NCBI GenBank assembly: GCA_032250735.1 | Contig: JAVVEP010000008.1 | Location: forward strand, 1,775 to 65,774 | Length of the DNA stretch: 64,000 nt | Reading direction: 5' to 3' | Origin: Gammaproteobacteria bacterium | GTDB lineage: Bacteria; Pseudomonadota; Gammaproteobacteria; SZUA-152 | Shown: one piece after another, positions 40,403-50,413 of the stretch | Numbering within the stretch: position 1 is the first letter of the stretch | Layout: every line of letters starts with the position of its first letter | Made by a program: the position numbers and the translations under genes | The notes under the pieces: model-generated | Databases searched by the model: none | Told to the model about the DNA's origin: nothing | What the model saw: the letters and a program-made list of their open reading frames with translations, nothing else

Positions 40403-41557
40403 ATGGAACACAACACGCGCATACTTATCGTTGATGACAACGAGTCCATCCACGAAGATTTTCGCAAGGTATTGATTCACGAAAAGAATGAAGACCATGC
40501 CGCACTGGATGATCTGGAGGCCGAGCTGTTTGGCGAGGACGAGGCCAAAACCGCGGCTGCCAACATTGTCGAAACCCTGGCCTATGAAGTCGACTCCGCC
40601 ATGCAGGGTCAGGAGGCGCTGGCCATGGTCGACAAGGCCGCGGAAGAAGGCCGGCCCTACGCCCTCATTTTTATGGATGTGCGCATGCCGCCCGGCTGGG
40701 ATGGTATCGAAACCATCAGTCGTATCTGGATCAAACACCCCTACGCCGAGATGGTGCTGTGCACCGCCTATTCCGATTACACCTGGGATGACATCGTGGC
40801 CAAGCTGGGCAGTTCCGATAAGCTGCTGTTTCTGCGTAAACCATTTGACGCCGTCGCCGTACAGCAGATGGCGCTGAGCCTGATCAAAAAATGGAACCTG
40901 GGCGAACAGGCCAGGCACTATGTGAAGAACCTGGAAAAAGAGGTACAGCAGCGCACCCTGCAATTAAACAATCTGCTCGCCGAGCTCGAATCAAAAAATG
41001 CCGAGCTGGCCAGCAGCAATGATCAGCTCAAGCATGCGGCCCTGCACGACTCACTCACCGGCCTGCCCAACCGCATCCTTTATCATGACCGACTGGAACA
41101 GGCGATCAGGCTCGCCAAACGCAACAAGACCCAATTTGCGGTGGCCCTGATGGACCTCAACGGGTTCAAGGACATCAATGATCAGCGCGGACATCTGGCC
41201 GGGGACTATGTGCTCAAGACCGTCGCCACCCGTGTCGAGGCCGCGCTGCGTGCCAGCGACACCGTTGCCCGGCTGGGCGGCGATGAGTTTGCCTTTGTGC
41301 TGCCCACCGTGGACAGGGAATCCCCCTCCGTCGCCGCGGAAAAGATTATGGCCATCTTCCATGAGCAGGTCGTCATGGATAGTGATGGTGAAATGATCAG
41401 TGTCAGTGGCAGTATCGGTATCGCCCTCTACCCCGACCATGGCACCGATATCGACGCCCTGATCGGCAAGGCCGATGCGGCCATGTACGTAGCCAAACGC
41501 GCGGGCAATGGCATCTGCGTGCATAGCGAAGCGGCGGACAAGGCGGCCGACGCTTAG
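40403..41557 (+). CDS. response regulator REC-GGDEF diguanylate cyclase
   Basis: REC (ILIVDDN...FMDVRMP), then RLGGDEFAFVL GGDEF and RxxD-like I-site region. Confidence 0.9.
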   Translation: MEHNTRILIVDDNESIHEDFRKVLIHEKNEDHAALDDLEAELFGEDEAKTAAANIVETLAYEVDSAMQGQEALAMVDKAAEEGRPYALIFMDVRMPPGWDGIETISRIWIKHPYAEMVLCTAYSDYTWDDIVAKLGSSDKLLFLRKPFDAVAVQQMALSLIKKWNLGEQARHYVKNLEKEVQQRTLQLNNLLAELESKNAELASSNDQLKHAALHDSLTGLPNRILYHDRLEQAIRLAKRNKTQFAVALMDLNGFKDINDQRGHLAGDYVLKTVATRVEAALRASDTVARLGGDEFAFVLPTVDRESPSVAAEKIMAIFHEQVVMDSDGEMISVSGSIGIALYPDHGTDIDALIGKADAAMYVAKRAGNGICVHSEAADKAADA

Positions 41558-41753
41558 TCTTTTTCTCATCCCCGCGTTCGACACCTCACCCCGGCCCTGC
41601 CGGGGTGAGCTCGTTCTGGGGCTGGATTTCAGGCCGGTGGCCTTTGTCCATGAATCACGGAACGCGTGCCATGACCCGCAACGGGCCGCCTCGGTTGACC
41701 CGGCCGGAAGCCCTGGGTTAACGTACCGGCCAACATCGATCAGGTAGAAAACC

Positions 41754-41990
41754 ATGGCAAAAAGACAGCAGAAGACCCCGGACTTTGAGACCGCCCTGAA
41801 GGAACTGGAGACCCTGGTGGAACGCATGGAGGCCGGCGAGACCTCGCTGGAGGAGTCGCTCAAAGACTTCGAGCGCGGCATCGAACTCACCCGCAGCTGC
41901 CAGACCGCCCTGACCGAGGCCGAGCAGAAGGTGGAAATCCTGCTGAAAAAGGACGGAGAACCCGAGGCCTTTGAACCGGCCGCCGAATAA
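41754..41990 (+). CDS. xseB: exodeoxyribonuclease VII small subunit
   Basis: 78 aa. [40 protein letters not shown] matches the XseB helical hairpin. First gene of xseB-ispA-dxs. Confidence 0.85.
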   Translation: MAKRQQKTPDFETALKELETLVERMEAGETSLEESLKDFERGIELTRSCQTALTEAEQKVEILLKKDGEPEAFEPAAE

Positions 41991-42067
41991 GGCCACGCCT
42001 GCCTGCTGCCCTACCCATCCCCTATCGCCTGCCACTGACGGCACTGCCGTCGTTATCGATCGCCACT

Positions 42068-42976
42068 GTGACAGAAGGAAATCCCGTGTCCCTGACCACC
42101 CTGCTGCATACCTACCAGGCCCGTACCGAACAGGCGCTTGAGCGCTGGTTGCCCACCGCCACTATCCATCCAAGCCCGCTGCACACCGCCATGCGCTACA
42201 GCTGCCTCGGGGGCGGCAAACGGGTACGGCCGCTGCTGGTCTATCTCACCGGCCAGATGCTGGGCGTCGACCCCCGCACCCTGGACGGCCCCGCCTGTGC
42301 GCTGGAGCTGATCCACGTCTATTCCCTGATCCACGATGACCTGCCGGCCATGGACGACGACGAGCTGCGCCGCGGCAAGCCCACCTGCCACATCCAGTTT
42401 GATGAGGCCACCGCCATCCTCGCCGGTGACGCCCTGCAATCGCTGGCCTTCTACATCCTCGCCCACGACCCGGCCATGGTGGACGACGCCGGGCTGCGCC
42501 TGAAAATGGTGGAGACCCTGGCCCTCGCCAGCGGCTCTCGCGGCATGGCGGGGGGTCAGGCCATTGATCTCGCGGCGGTGGGCACGGCGATGAATCTCGC
42601 CGAACTGGAAAACATGCACATCCACAAAACCGGCGCGCTGATCCACGCCAGCGTGCGGCTGGGCGCCCTCAGCCAGCCCGGCGTGCCGCCGACCCAGCTG
42701 GACCGGCTGGAGCACTTCGCCCGCTGTATGGGACTGGCCTTTCAGATCCGTGACGACATCCTGGACGTGGAAGGCAGCACCGAAATACTGGGCAAACCCC
42801 AGGGCTCCGATCAGGCCCGCAATAAACCCACCTATCCCGCGCTGCTGGGCCTGTCCGAGGCCCGACGCCGCGCCGATGAGCTGCATCAGGAGGCGATCGA
42901 CAGCCTGGCGGAATGGGGCGACGCGGCCCAGCCCCTGCGCGACATCGCCGGGTACATCATCCACCGGCAAAGCTGA
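42068..42976 (+). CDS. ispA: farnesyl diphosphate synthase
   Basis: LIHDDLPAMDDDELRRG (FARM) and FQIRDDILD (SARM). Confidence 0.9.
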   Translation: MTEGNPVSLTTLLHTYQARTEQALERWLPTATIHPSPLHTAMRYSCLGGGKRVRPLLVYLTGQMLGVDPRTLDGPACALELIHVYSLIHDDLPAMDDDELRRGKPTCHIQFDEATAILAGDALQSLAFYILAHDPAMVDDAGLRLKMVETLALASGSRGMAGGQAIDLAAVGTAMNLAELENMHIHKTGALIHASVRLGALSQPGVPPTQLDRLEHFARCMGLAFQIRDDILDVEGSTEILGKPQGSDQARNKPTYPALLGLSEARRRADELHQEAIDSLAEWGDAAQPLRDIAGYIIHRQS

Positions 42977-43107
42977 TATAATCGCCTCCCCTTTTTGTAA
43001 TCGTTTTTTGTTATCGCTTTTTATTATCAAGAATGCGGAAGCAGGATCGGCCCGTGGGCCGTTCATGCCCCCACCGACAAACCCAAGGCCAGGCCAAGAC
43101 AAACCCG

Positions 43108-45006
43108 ATGTCCGACTCATGTGCATTCCCCCTGCTGGAGAGTATTCAGCTTCCCGATGATGTCCGTCAGCTGGACCCCCACCAGCTCAAGCAGCTGGCC
43201 GATGAGCTGCGCGCCTTCCTGATCCAGACCGTGGGACAAACCGGCGGCCACCTCGCCTCCGGCCTGGGTACGGTGGAGCTGACCGTCGCCCTGCACTACG
43301 TCTTCAACACCCCGCAGGACAAGCTGGTGTGGGATGTGGGTCATCAGAGTTACCCGCACAAGATTCTCACCGGCCGCCGGGAGCAAATGCACAGCCTGCG
43401 CCAACAGGGCGGCCTCGCCGGTTTTCCCAAACGCAGCGAAAGCCCCTACGACACCTTCGGGGTCGGCCATTCCAGCACCTCCATCAGCGCCGCCCTGGGC
43501 ATGGCCATCGCCGCCCGGCACAAGGGCGATGCCAGCACCAAGGTGGTGGCGGTGATCGGTGACGGCGCCATGACCGCGGGCATGGCCTTCGAGGCACTGA
43601 ACCATGCCGGCTCGCTGGATGCCAACCTGCTGGTGGTGCTCAATGACAACGAGATGTCCATCTCACCCAACGTCGGCGGCCTCTCCAATTACCTGGCGCG
43701 CATCCTCTCCGGCAAGCTGTACCTCACCGCCCGTGAGGGCTCAAAGAAGGTGCTCAGCCAGATCCCCAACATGTGGGAGCTGGCCAAACGGGTGGAGGAA
43801 CACGCCAAGGGCATGGTGATCCCCGGCACCCTGTTTGAGGAACTGGGCTTCAACTACATCGGCCCCATCGATGGCCATGACATGGACACCCTGGTGAAGA
43901 CCCTGGGGAACCTAAAATCCCTCGACGGGCCGCAGTTTCTGCACATCGTCACCAAGAAGGGCAAAGGCTTCACCCCGGCGGAGGAAAACCCCTGCGCCTT
44001 CCATGGTGTCGGCAGCTATGATCCCGACACGGGCGAGGCACTCTCGGGCAGCAAGGCCCGCACCGGCCCCAGCTACACCCAGGTGTTTGGTGACTGGCTC
44101 TGCGACATGGCCGCCGAGGACAAAGACCTCATGGGCATCACCCCCGCCATGCGCGAGGGCTCCGGCATGGTGGCATTTTCCGAGCGCTATCCCGAGCAGT
44201 ATTTTGACGTCGGCATCGCCGAGCAGCACGCCGTCACCCTCGCTGCCGGCATGGCCTGCGACGGCCTGCGGCCGGTGGTAGCCATCTATTCCACGTTCCT
44301 GCAACGCGCCTACGATCAACTGATCCACGACGTCGCGATCCAGAACCTGCCGGTGCTGTTCGCCATCGACCGGGCCGGGCTGGTCGGCGCCGATGGCCCC
44401 ACCCATGCCGGCACCTTTGATCTCAGTTACCTGCGCTGCATCCCCAATATGGTGGTGATGGCCCCGTCCGACGAGAACGAGTGTCGCCAGATGCTCACTA
44501 CCGGTTACCGGCACAACGGCCCCAGCGCCGTGCGTTACCCGCGCGGCTTCGGTCCGGGGATGGCGCCGATCGCCGATTTCACCACCCTGCCCGTGGGCAA
44601 GGCGGAGTTGCGGCTGAGCGGCCAACGCGTCGCCATCCTCGCCTTCGGCAGCATGCTGGCCCCGTCCATTGCCGCCGCCGAGGCGCTGGGCGCGACCGTG
44701 GTGAACATGCGTTTCGTCAAGCCGCTGGATGAGGCCCTGATCCTGGCCATGGCCGAGCAGCACGAGCTGCTGGTCACGGTGGAGGAAAATGCCCTCGCCG
44801 GTGGCGCGGGCAGTGGCGTCAATGAGTGCCTGGCCGCCCATGGCGTCACTCTCCCCGTACACAATCTGGGGCTGCCGGATCGCTTTGTGGAGCACGGAGA
44901 ACATGCCGCCCTGCTCAGCCAGTGCGGCCTCGACGCCAGGGCCATCCAGGCCAGCATCACCCAGTGGCTGGAGCACGCCGGCACGCATGCGCGTGTTGCT
45001 AAATAA
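43108..45006 (+). CDS. dxs: 1-deoxy-D-xylulose-5-phosphate synthase
   Basis: [21 protein letters not shown]...[13 protein letters not shown]...[21 protein letters not shown]-binding signature. ATG at 43108. Confidence 0.95.
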   Translation: MSDSCAFPLLESIQLPDDVRQLDPHQLKQLADELRAFLIQTVGQTGGHLASGLGTVELTVALHYVFNTPQDKLVWDVGHQSYPHKILTGRREQMHSLRQQGGLAGFPKRSESPYDTFGVGHSSTSISAALGMAIAARHKGDASTKVVAVIGDGAMTAGMAFEALNHAGSLDANLLVVLNDNEMSISPNVGGLSNYLARILSGKLYLTAREGSKKVLSQIPNMWELAKRVEEHAKGMVIPGTLFEELGFNYIGPIDGHDMDTLVKTLGNLKSLDGPQFLHIVTKKGKGFTPAEENPCAFHGVGSYDPDTGEALSGSKARTGPSYTQVFGDWLCDMAAEDKDLMGITPAMREGSGMVAFSERYPEQYFDVGIAEQHAVTLAAGMACDGLRPVVAIYSTFLQRAYDQLIHDVAIQNLPVLFAIDRAGLVGADGPTHAGTFDLSYLRCIPNMVVMAPSDENECRQMLTTGYRHNGPSAVRYPRGFGPGMAPIADFTTLPVGKAELRLSGQRVAILAFGSMLAPSIAAAEALGATVVNMRFVKPLDEALILAMAEQHELLVTVEENALAGGAGSGVNECLAAHGVTLPVHNLGLPDRFVEHGEHAALLSQCGLDARAIQASITQWLEHAGTHARVAK

Positions 45007-45064
45007 GGCTTAATACCTTAGTCTTTTCATCAACTATTTATTCCAGTCCCTTATCAGAACCCTC

Positions 45065-45448
45065 ATGGCCGTAAAATACACACTCAAAGTGGTTAGCGAT
45101 TTCGCCTCCGCCCACACCCTGCGCGATTATCCCGGCGCCTGCGCCCGCATGCATGGCCATAACTGGAAGGTCGAGGCCGAGGTCGAGGCCAGCCAACTGA
45201 ATGCGGTAGGTATGGCGATCGATTTCAAGGCCATCCGCCAGCAGGTGCGGGAATTGACCGATCGGCTGGATCACCGTTATCTCAACGAGATCGAGCCCTT
45301 TGATCAGATCAATCCCACCGCGGAAAATATCGCGGCCTTTATTTTCAACGGGCTGTCGACGGCCCTCAACGACGACCATGTTCGCGTCAAGGCGATCACC
45401 CTGTGGGAAACGGAGCGTGCCTGTGTGCGCTTTACAGACAGTGACTAG
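45065..45448 (+). CDS. queD: 6-carboxy-5,6,7,8-tetrahydropterin synthase
   Basis: 127 aa PTPS fold with CxxxHGH zinc motif (CARMHGHNW). Confidence 0.85.
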   Translation: MAVKYTLKVVSDFASAHTLRDYPGACARMHGHNWKVEAEVEASQLNAVGMAIDFKAIRQQVRELTDRLDHRYLNEIEPFDQINPTAENIAAFIFNGLSTALNDDHVRVKAITLWETERACVRFTDSD

Positions 45449-45493
45449 GGGCGAGTAACTCGCCCCTGGATACTTAATTAAAAAGGTACCATT

Positions 45494-46297
45494 GTGACTA
45501 CGACCACCAATACCACCGATACCATCGCCGACGTACAAAATTCGCAGGACACACGCCAACTGGCCATCAACAAGGTGGGCATCAAGGATATCCGCCACCC
45601 GGTACGGATTCGTGACCGCACCGGCGGCGAGCAGCACACCATCGCCAACTTCAACATGTATGTGAATCTGCCGCACAATTTCAAGGGCACCCACATGTCG
45701 CGTTTTGTGGAGATACTCAACCAGCACGAACGCGAGATCTCCGTGCAGTCTTTCAAGCACATGCTGGCGGAAATGACCGAGCGGCTGGAGGCCGAGTCAG
45801 GCAACATCGAAATGGCCTTCCCCTATTTCGTCAACAAGACCGCGCCCGTTTCCGGCGTGCAGAGCCTGCTGGATTACGACGTCACCTTTATTGGCGCCAG
45901 CTGCAAGGGTAAACACGAAACCACGCTCAAGGTGGTGGTGCCCGTGACCAGCCTCTGCCCCTGCTCCAAGAAAATCTCGGAGCGTGGCGCGCACAATCAG
46001 CGCTCACATGTCACCGTGACCATAAAGACTGATGAATTTGTCTGGATTGAAGACATCATTGATGTCGTCGAGGCGATGGCCTCTTGCGAACTGTACGGCC
46101 TGCTGAAACGCCCGGATGAAAAATATGTCACCGAACGCGCCTATGACAATCCCAAGTTCGTGGAAGATATGGTGCGCGATGTCGCCGCGGCCCTGAACAA
46201 GGACAAACGCATCCGGGCCTACATTGTGGAATCAGAAAACTTCGAATCCATCCACAACCATTCGGCCTATGCGTTGATCAAGAAAAACATGGACTAG
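45494..46297 (+). CDS. folE2: GTP cyclohydrolase FolE2/MptA (type IB)
   Basis: 267 aa; the conserved ...[25 protein letters not shown]... core of GCH IB. Confidence 0.85.
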   Translation: MTTTTNTTDTIADVQNSQDTRQLAINKVGIKDIRHPVRIRDRTGGEQHTIANFNMYVNLPHNFKGTHMSRFVEILNQHEREISVQSFKHMLAEMTERLEAESGNIEMAFPYFVNKTAPVSGVQSLLDYDVTFIGASCKGKHETTLKVVVPVTSLCPCSKKISERGAHNQRSHVTVTIKTDEFVWIEDIIDVVEAMASCELYGLLKRPDEKYVTERAYDNPKFVEDMVRDVAAALNKDKRIRAYIVESENFESIHNHSAYALIKKNMD

Positions 46298-46377
46298 GAG
46301 GCTGTCGGATTTAGGATGAATTGGCTGCGGAAGCGGGAGAGCGGCCCACTATCCCCGGACAGTTTCACCAGCAGACA

Positions 46378-46755
46378 TCAGGCCGCCTCACCCAACACCT
46401 CCAGCAAGGCCTTGCGCAGCTCCTGAAGACTGAATGGCTTATTTAGAATAAGGTCGGCGCCGATCAACTTGGCCGTCGGCAAATAGTCAAATGATCCGGT
46501 AATGCCGCCGCCACCAGAAATAGCGATCAGACGTAAATCCGGATAATCCTTTTTCAGTTCCAGAATCATGTCGATGCCGTTCTTGTTGGGCATCACCAGA
46601 TCCGATATCACCAGATCCGGTAGATTTTCCTTATACAACTTGATGCCCTGTTCGCCGTCCTTACCCAGAATGACCTCATGATGATCCTGGGCCAGCATAT
46701 GACTGAGCATTGTTCTCAGTGACGGTTCATCATCCACTACCATAATCTTTGCCAT
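46378..46755 (-). CDS. single-domain CheY-like response regulator
   Basis: MVVDDEPS...DLVISDLVMP...K; 125 aa. Confidence 0.85.
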   Translation of the reverse strand: MAKIMVVDDEPSLRTMLSHMLAQDHHEVILGKDGEQGIKLYKENLPDLVISDLVMPNKNGIDMILELKKDYPDLRLIAISGGGGITGSFDYLPTAKLIGADLILNKPFSLQELRKALLEVLGEAA

Positions 46756-46769
46756 TAAAATTCGCTCAA

Positions 46770-47996
46770 CTAGAATAATTCAATATCGCCACTCGCCATG
46801 TCCTGCTGACTAACCGGCGATGACCTGTGTGTGCTTGCCGCTTGTTTGTCCTGCCCGCCGGCCGATGCCGTCGAGCCGGTTGTGCGGGTCGACGAAACGG
46901 TCGCCCCTGCATCAGAATGGCTGGCAACCGACGACTGCGACGGCGCACTGTCCCCTGCCACCAATGTCTGCACCGCATCGATACGTCGCCCCATGTGCTC
47001 GATCAGCTGCCGCGTCATATCTTCAAACTGCAGTGAGCGTACCGCCGTGGAGACATCCTGATTGATACGCTCGGATATCATTGAAACATTGTGTAATTGC
47101 ACTTCTACATTTTTATTGATGGCATCGGCCTCATCCATCAGTTCGATAACCCGGTTCTTGGAGTTCATCGTCATATCCATATCCCGCGAGGCCATTTTTC
47201 CGACCACGTTCGCCGCATTCTGTATGCTTTTCTCCATGAGTCCATATTGCTCACGGATTTTGTCACTGAAATGATTGCTGCGTTGCGAGAGTGCACGCAC
47301 CTCATCGGCCACAACGGCAAAGCCACGGCCCGCCTCTCCCGCCCGCGCCGCCTCAATAGCCGCATTGAGCGCCAGCAGATTGGTTTGCGAACTGATGCCA
47401 TCTATCTCGCCCAACAGTTTATTGACGGACTTGATCTGCTTGCCCATTCCATTCAGGCACTCGACCAGTTCATTGCTGCTCTCCCGCATGGCAAAAATGC
47501 TGTCAATAAACAACTGAATAATCGTGGTGGCCTCCTTGGTGAGGTTATTGATGCCTTCACCACCCGCCGCATCCCGCGTGACGCAATCCAGTGTTCCCCG
47601 CACCACTTGCTCCTGACTGCGTGACTGCTCCTCCAGGCCAATAAAACTCGTCATCAGACCGCCAATGGCGGTCGCCAATATATCCAACAATTGATCCAGC
47701 TCGCCCCGGAACAGGTCGAGTTGCTGCTGTATCTCCGCATCGCTGCTTTCATGGTCCTGCTGTTCGTCCTGGAGCTGGCTCGCGTCGCTCTCGGCCATCG
47801 CAGCAAGCCACTGCGATTGACGGCGGCGAACACCCTGCAGGCTGCTGACCCAGGCACCGCTCAGCACCAGGATCGACACCAACATAACGGGAAGTATCGG
47901 CCAGAGCCAGACGCTAAGCAGCGCCACCGGCAGCAAGGCTGCCGGCCAATAGATCCTGGCTATCGATCCACCCTCCAGCATTTCGACGTTTCTCAT
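46770..47996 (-). CDS. methyl-accepting chemotaxis protein (short sensor)
   Basis: Two TM segments, then MCP signalling domain [36 protein letters not shown]. Confidence 0.85.
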   Translation of the reverse strand: MRNVEMLEGGSIARIYWPAALLPVALLSVWLWPILPVMLVSILVLSGAWVSSLQGVRRRQSQWLAAMAESDASQLQDEQQDHESSDAEIQQQLDLFRGELDQLLDILATAIGGLMTSFIGLEEQSRSQEQVVRGTLDCVTRDAAGGEGINNLTKEATTIIQLFIDSIFAMRESSNELVECLNGMGKQIKSVNKLLGEIDGISSQTNLLALNAAIEAARAGEAGRGFAVVADEVRALSQRSNHFSDKIREQYGLMEKSIQNAANVVGKMASRDMDMTMNSKNRVIELMDEADAINKNVEVQLHNVSMISERINQDVSTAVRSLQFEDMTRQLIEHMGRRIDAVQTLVAGDSAPSQSSVASHSDAGATVSSTRTTGSTASAGGQDKQAASTHRSSPVSQQDMASGDIELF

Positions 47997-48234
47997 TGCG
48001 CGTTCATTCCACAGTCCTTGCCAAAATCATAAAGTTATACCTGTGTGCATCCCTACTCGGCAGATAATCACCACCCTGGATAACCCGGGTTATGCAACGC
48101 CCGTCCTCAGAGCCTGTGACGGTGCAAGAGCACTCGGCAGACGCCCCCGCTCTGCCTATGCCCTTAAGATTTCGACACAATCCGCGAATACTTTAGCGCC
48201 CTAAACCTGGAGTTGCTGACTTAAGCCGCTGTGA

Positions 48235-49002
48235 TCAAAAGGTTTTTTTCAGGTGCAGCACACCCCCCTCGCGCTGCATCTCCAGCTGCCCGAGGAAGGT
48301 CATACCCAGCAGCACCTGGGCGGGAAAATCACCATCCATGACCACGGCGGTGACATTGCGCAGCGTGATCTCGCCTACCGACACCCTGTCCAGGGTGACC
48401 CGGTAGGCCCGGGTCACGCCGGATGCGGTCCCCACAAGGATGGGATTGCCCTTCACCCGAAAATCGATGGCCAGGCGTTTGGCGTGTTGTTTATTCATTG
48501 CCACCGTGGTGGCCCCGGTATCCACCAGAAAACTCACCGGCAGGCCATTGATACTGCCGACCGTGCTATACATGCCGCGCCGGTCGCGGGAAATGGTCAC
48601 CGCCACCGACTCGCGTTCCCGGTATGGCCCGGTTACCGTATGACTGTCCCCCAGGCCCAGGCGGCGAGGCTGCCCGTCAATGCTGACCTCCACCGCATCC
48701 GCCTCAATCCGCAGCACACGCACCCCGGATGTCGAGACCTCACCCACCGACAGGAGATGACGCTCGCCATCCACCAACAACAGGGCCTTGCTGCCGAGTA
48801 CGCCCTGCAGGGCCGCCTGCCGCGGCGGCGGTCGTCCATCCTCCTGAGGTGACGGGTCAGCCGGGTCATTGACCGAATCACTGGCCGAATCATCGCCTGG
48901 ATCACTGGCTAGCGCTGCCGTCATACACACGCCGGAAAAGGCTGATAACATAGCCAGCAGACACCCTTGCATACACCCTCTGGAAACGAGCTTTCTCATC
49001 AT
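48235..49002 (-). CDS. retropepsin-like (clan AA) aspartic protease, secreted/periplasmic
   Basis: Signal-peptide-like N-terminus; FLVDTGATTVAMN DTGA catalytic motif; TIGR02281-type bacterial retropepsin. Confidence 0.7.
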   Translation of the reverse strand: MMRKLVSRGCMQGCLLAMLSAFSGVCMTAALASDPGDDSASDSVNDPADPSPQEDGRPPPRQAALQGVLGSKALLLVDGERHLLSVGEVSTSGVRVLRIEADAVEVSIDGQPRRLGLGDSHTVTGPYRERESVAVTISRDRRGMYSTVGSINGLPVSFLVDTGATTVAMNKQHAKRLAIDFRVKGNPILVGTASGVTRAYRVTLDRVSVGEITLRNVTAVVMDGDFPAQVLLGMTFLGQLEMQREGGVLHLKKTF

Positions 49003-49720
49003 GAAACCTGTCCGTATTTTTCGTCACATTGCCTGCGAAGGCCCAGGCTACCTGGCCACTTTTCTCGAAAAGAATAACATCCCCTACGAACTGGTGCGTA
49101 TCGATGCCGGCGAAACACCGCCGCCACAAATCGATGATGTCAGTGGCCTGGTTTTTATGGGTGGGCCCATGAGCGTCAACGATGATCTTGGCTGGATTCA
49201 GCAGGAGCTTGCGCTCATACAAATGGCGATTGACGCCGACCTGCCGGTACTGGGGCACTGCCTTGGCGGGCAGCTGATCAGCAAGGCGCTGGGTGGAACG
49301 GTGAGCGCCAACCCGGTCAAGGAGATCGGCTGGCTGCCCGTCCAGAAACTACCCAACAGGGTGGCGGATGAGTGGCTGCCTACCCCCGGCATTGACCGTC
49401 TGGCCTTTCACTGGCACGGGGAAACCTTCTCCATCCCCGCCGGGGCGACGGCCATTCTCGAGAGTCGGCACTGCGCACATCAGGGTTTCGTGGTCGGCAA
49501 CACGCTGGCCTTGCAATGCCATATCGAGATGACGGATGGGATGGTGCGGGAATGGGCCAGCCTTTACAAAGACGAGCTTGTCACCCCTTCCGAAACAGTA
49601 CAGAGTCAGGCGGCCATGACCGAAGACCTGGACGACCGGATCCGGCAATTGCAGCAAACCGCAGATGCCTTATACGGGCACTGGCTGCGGCCTGTCATTA
49701 GTTCCAAGGGTGGGAAATAG
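49001..49720 (+). CDS. class I glutamine amidotransferase-like protein (GATase1 domain only)
   Basis: LPVLGHCLGGQL Cys nucleophile elbow; His/Glu downstream. ATG 49001 overlaps the divergent protease start on the other strand. Confidence 0.8.
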   Translation: MKPVRIFRHIACEGPGYLATFLEKNNIPYELVRIDAGETPPPQIDDVSGLVFMGGPMSVNDDLGWIQQELALIQMAIDADLPVLGHCLGGQLISKALGGTVSANPVKEIGWLPVQKLPNRVADEWLPTPGIDRLAFHWHGETFSIPAGATAILESRHCAHQGFVVGNTLALQCHIEMTDGMVREWASLYKDELVTPSETVQSQAAMTEDLDDRIRQLQQTADALYGHWLRPVISSKGGK

Positions 49721-49768
49721 CCGCTGCAAGGCGGCGGGGTTAGCGAGGGGTGACGAGCGTTTCGCCGG

Positions 49769-49833
49769 GATCTATTGTGGGTACCTACTGCGGATACCTA
49801 TTGCGGGTACCTATTGCGGGTGCCTATTGCGAG
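49769..49833. repeat. 13-bp tandem repeat x5 (tacctattgcggg)
   Basis: gatctattgtggg/tacctactgcgga/tacctattgcggg/tacctattgcggg/tgcctattgcgag. Confidence 0.85.
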
Positions 49834-50072
49834 AAATAACGCGCCTGGATATTGGCGGGCGAGCCGTAGGCAGCCGACCTTGCGCCCTTGTGTAGCGTTT
49901 GTTGACCCCGATTCTGCGCCGGTGCGGCAGCGGCCTGTTTTTCAATCGTATTCGCCGTCACCGAAACCCTGTCCACAGCGGCAATACTATTCTGCGACAG
50001 CATCGTGACCACAACGCCAAGCGCCACCACCACCATCAGCACCGTCATCGGATCAAGTTTTGACAATTTCAT
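49824..50072 (-). CDS. small single-TM hypothetical protein
   Basis: AGGTGGA SD; MKLSKLDPMTVLMVVVALGVVVTMLS TM segment; 82 aa. Confidence 0.4.
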   Translation of the reverse strand: MKLSKLDPMTVLMVVVALGVVVTMLSQNSIAAVDRVSVTANTIEKQAAAAPAQNRGQQTLHKGARSAAYGSPANIQARYFSQ

Positions 50073-50356
50073 TTCATCCACCTGTACTTTATTACCTGTA
50101 CTTTTCAAAAACAGCCTCGTCAAAAATAACCTCGGCCACTCACACGGCTGTCATCGGCCAAATTCAGTTGAAGCTTCATCATTCCCGTGCGTTCGACCAT
50201 CGTTGAATCCGCATCTGGCATCCTCCGCATCGACCTGGCCAGCACCGCCTTTGTGAGACTATCGACCGCTGGCATTGCTGTCTGTAGTGCAGATTCGGTT
50301 AACTATGAGTGTTGTAGAATAATCATGCCGGCACAGCGACCTGTGGCACAGACTAT

Positions 50357-50374
50357 CTGTGACCCGCCTCACAG
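50357..50374. promoter_or_regulatory. CRP/Vfr-type site TGTGA-N6-TCACA
   Basis: ctgTGTGAcccgccTCACAg: perfect consensus half-sites with 6-bp spacer in an intergenic region. Confidence 0.4.
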
Positions 50375-50413
50375 ATCTGCACAATACCCCGTACTGATAA
50401 AGGCGACAGCCGC

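Noticed and set aside
49769-49833. Tandem repeat considered as a CRISPR array
   Set aside because: Units are contiguous 13-mers with no spacers, and no cas genes lie nearby.
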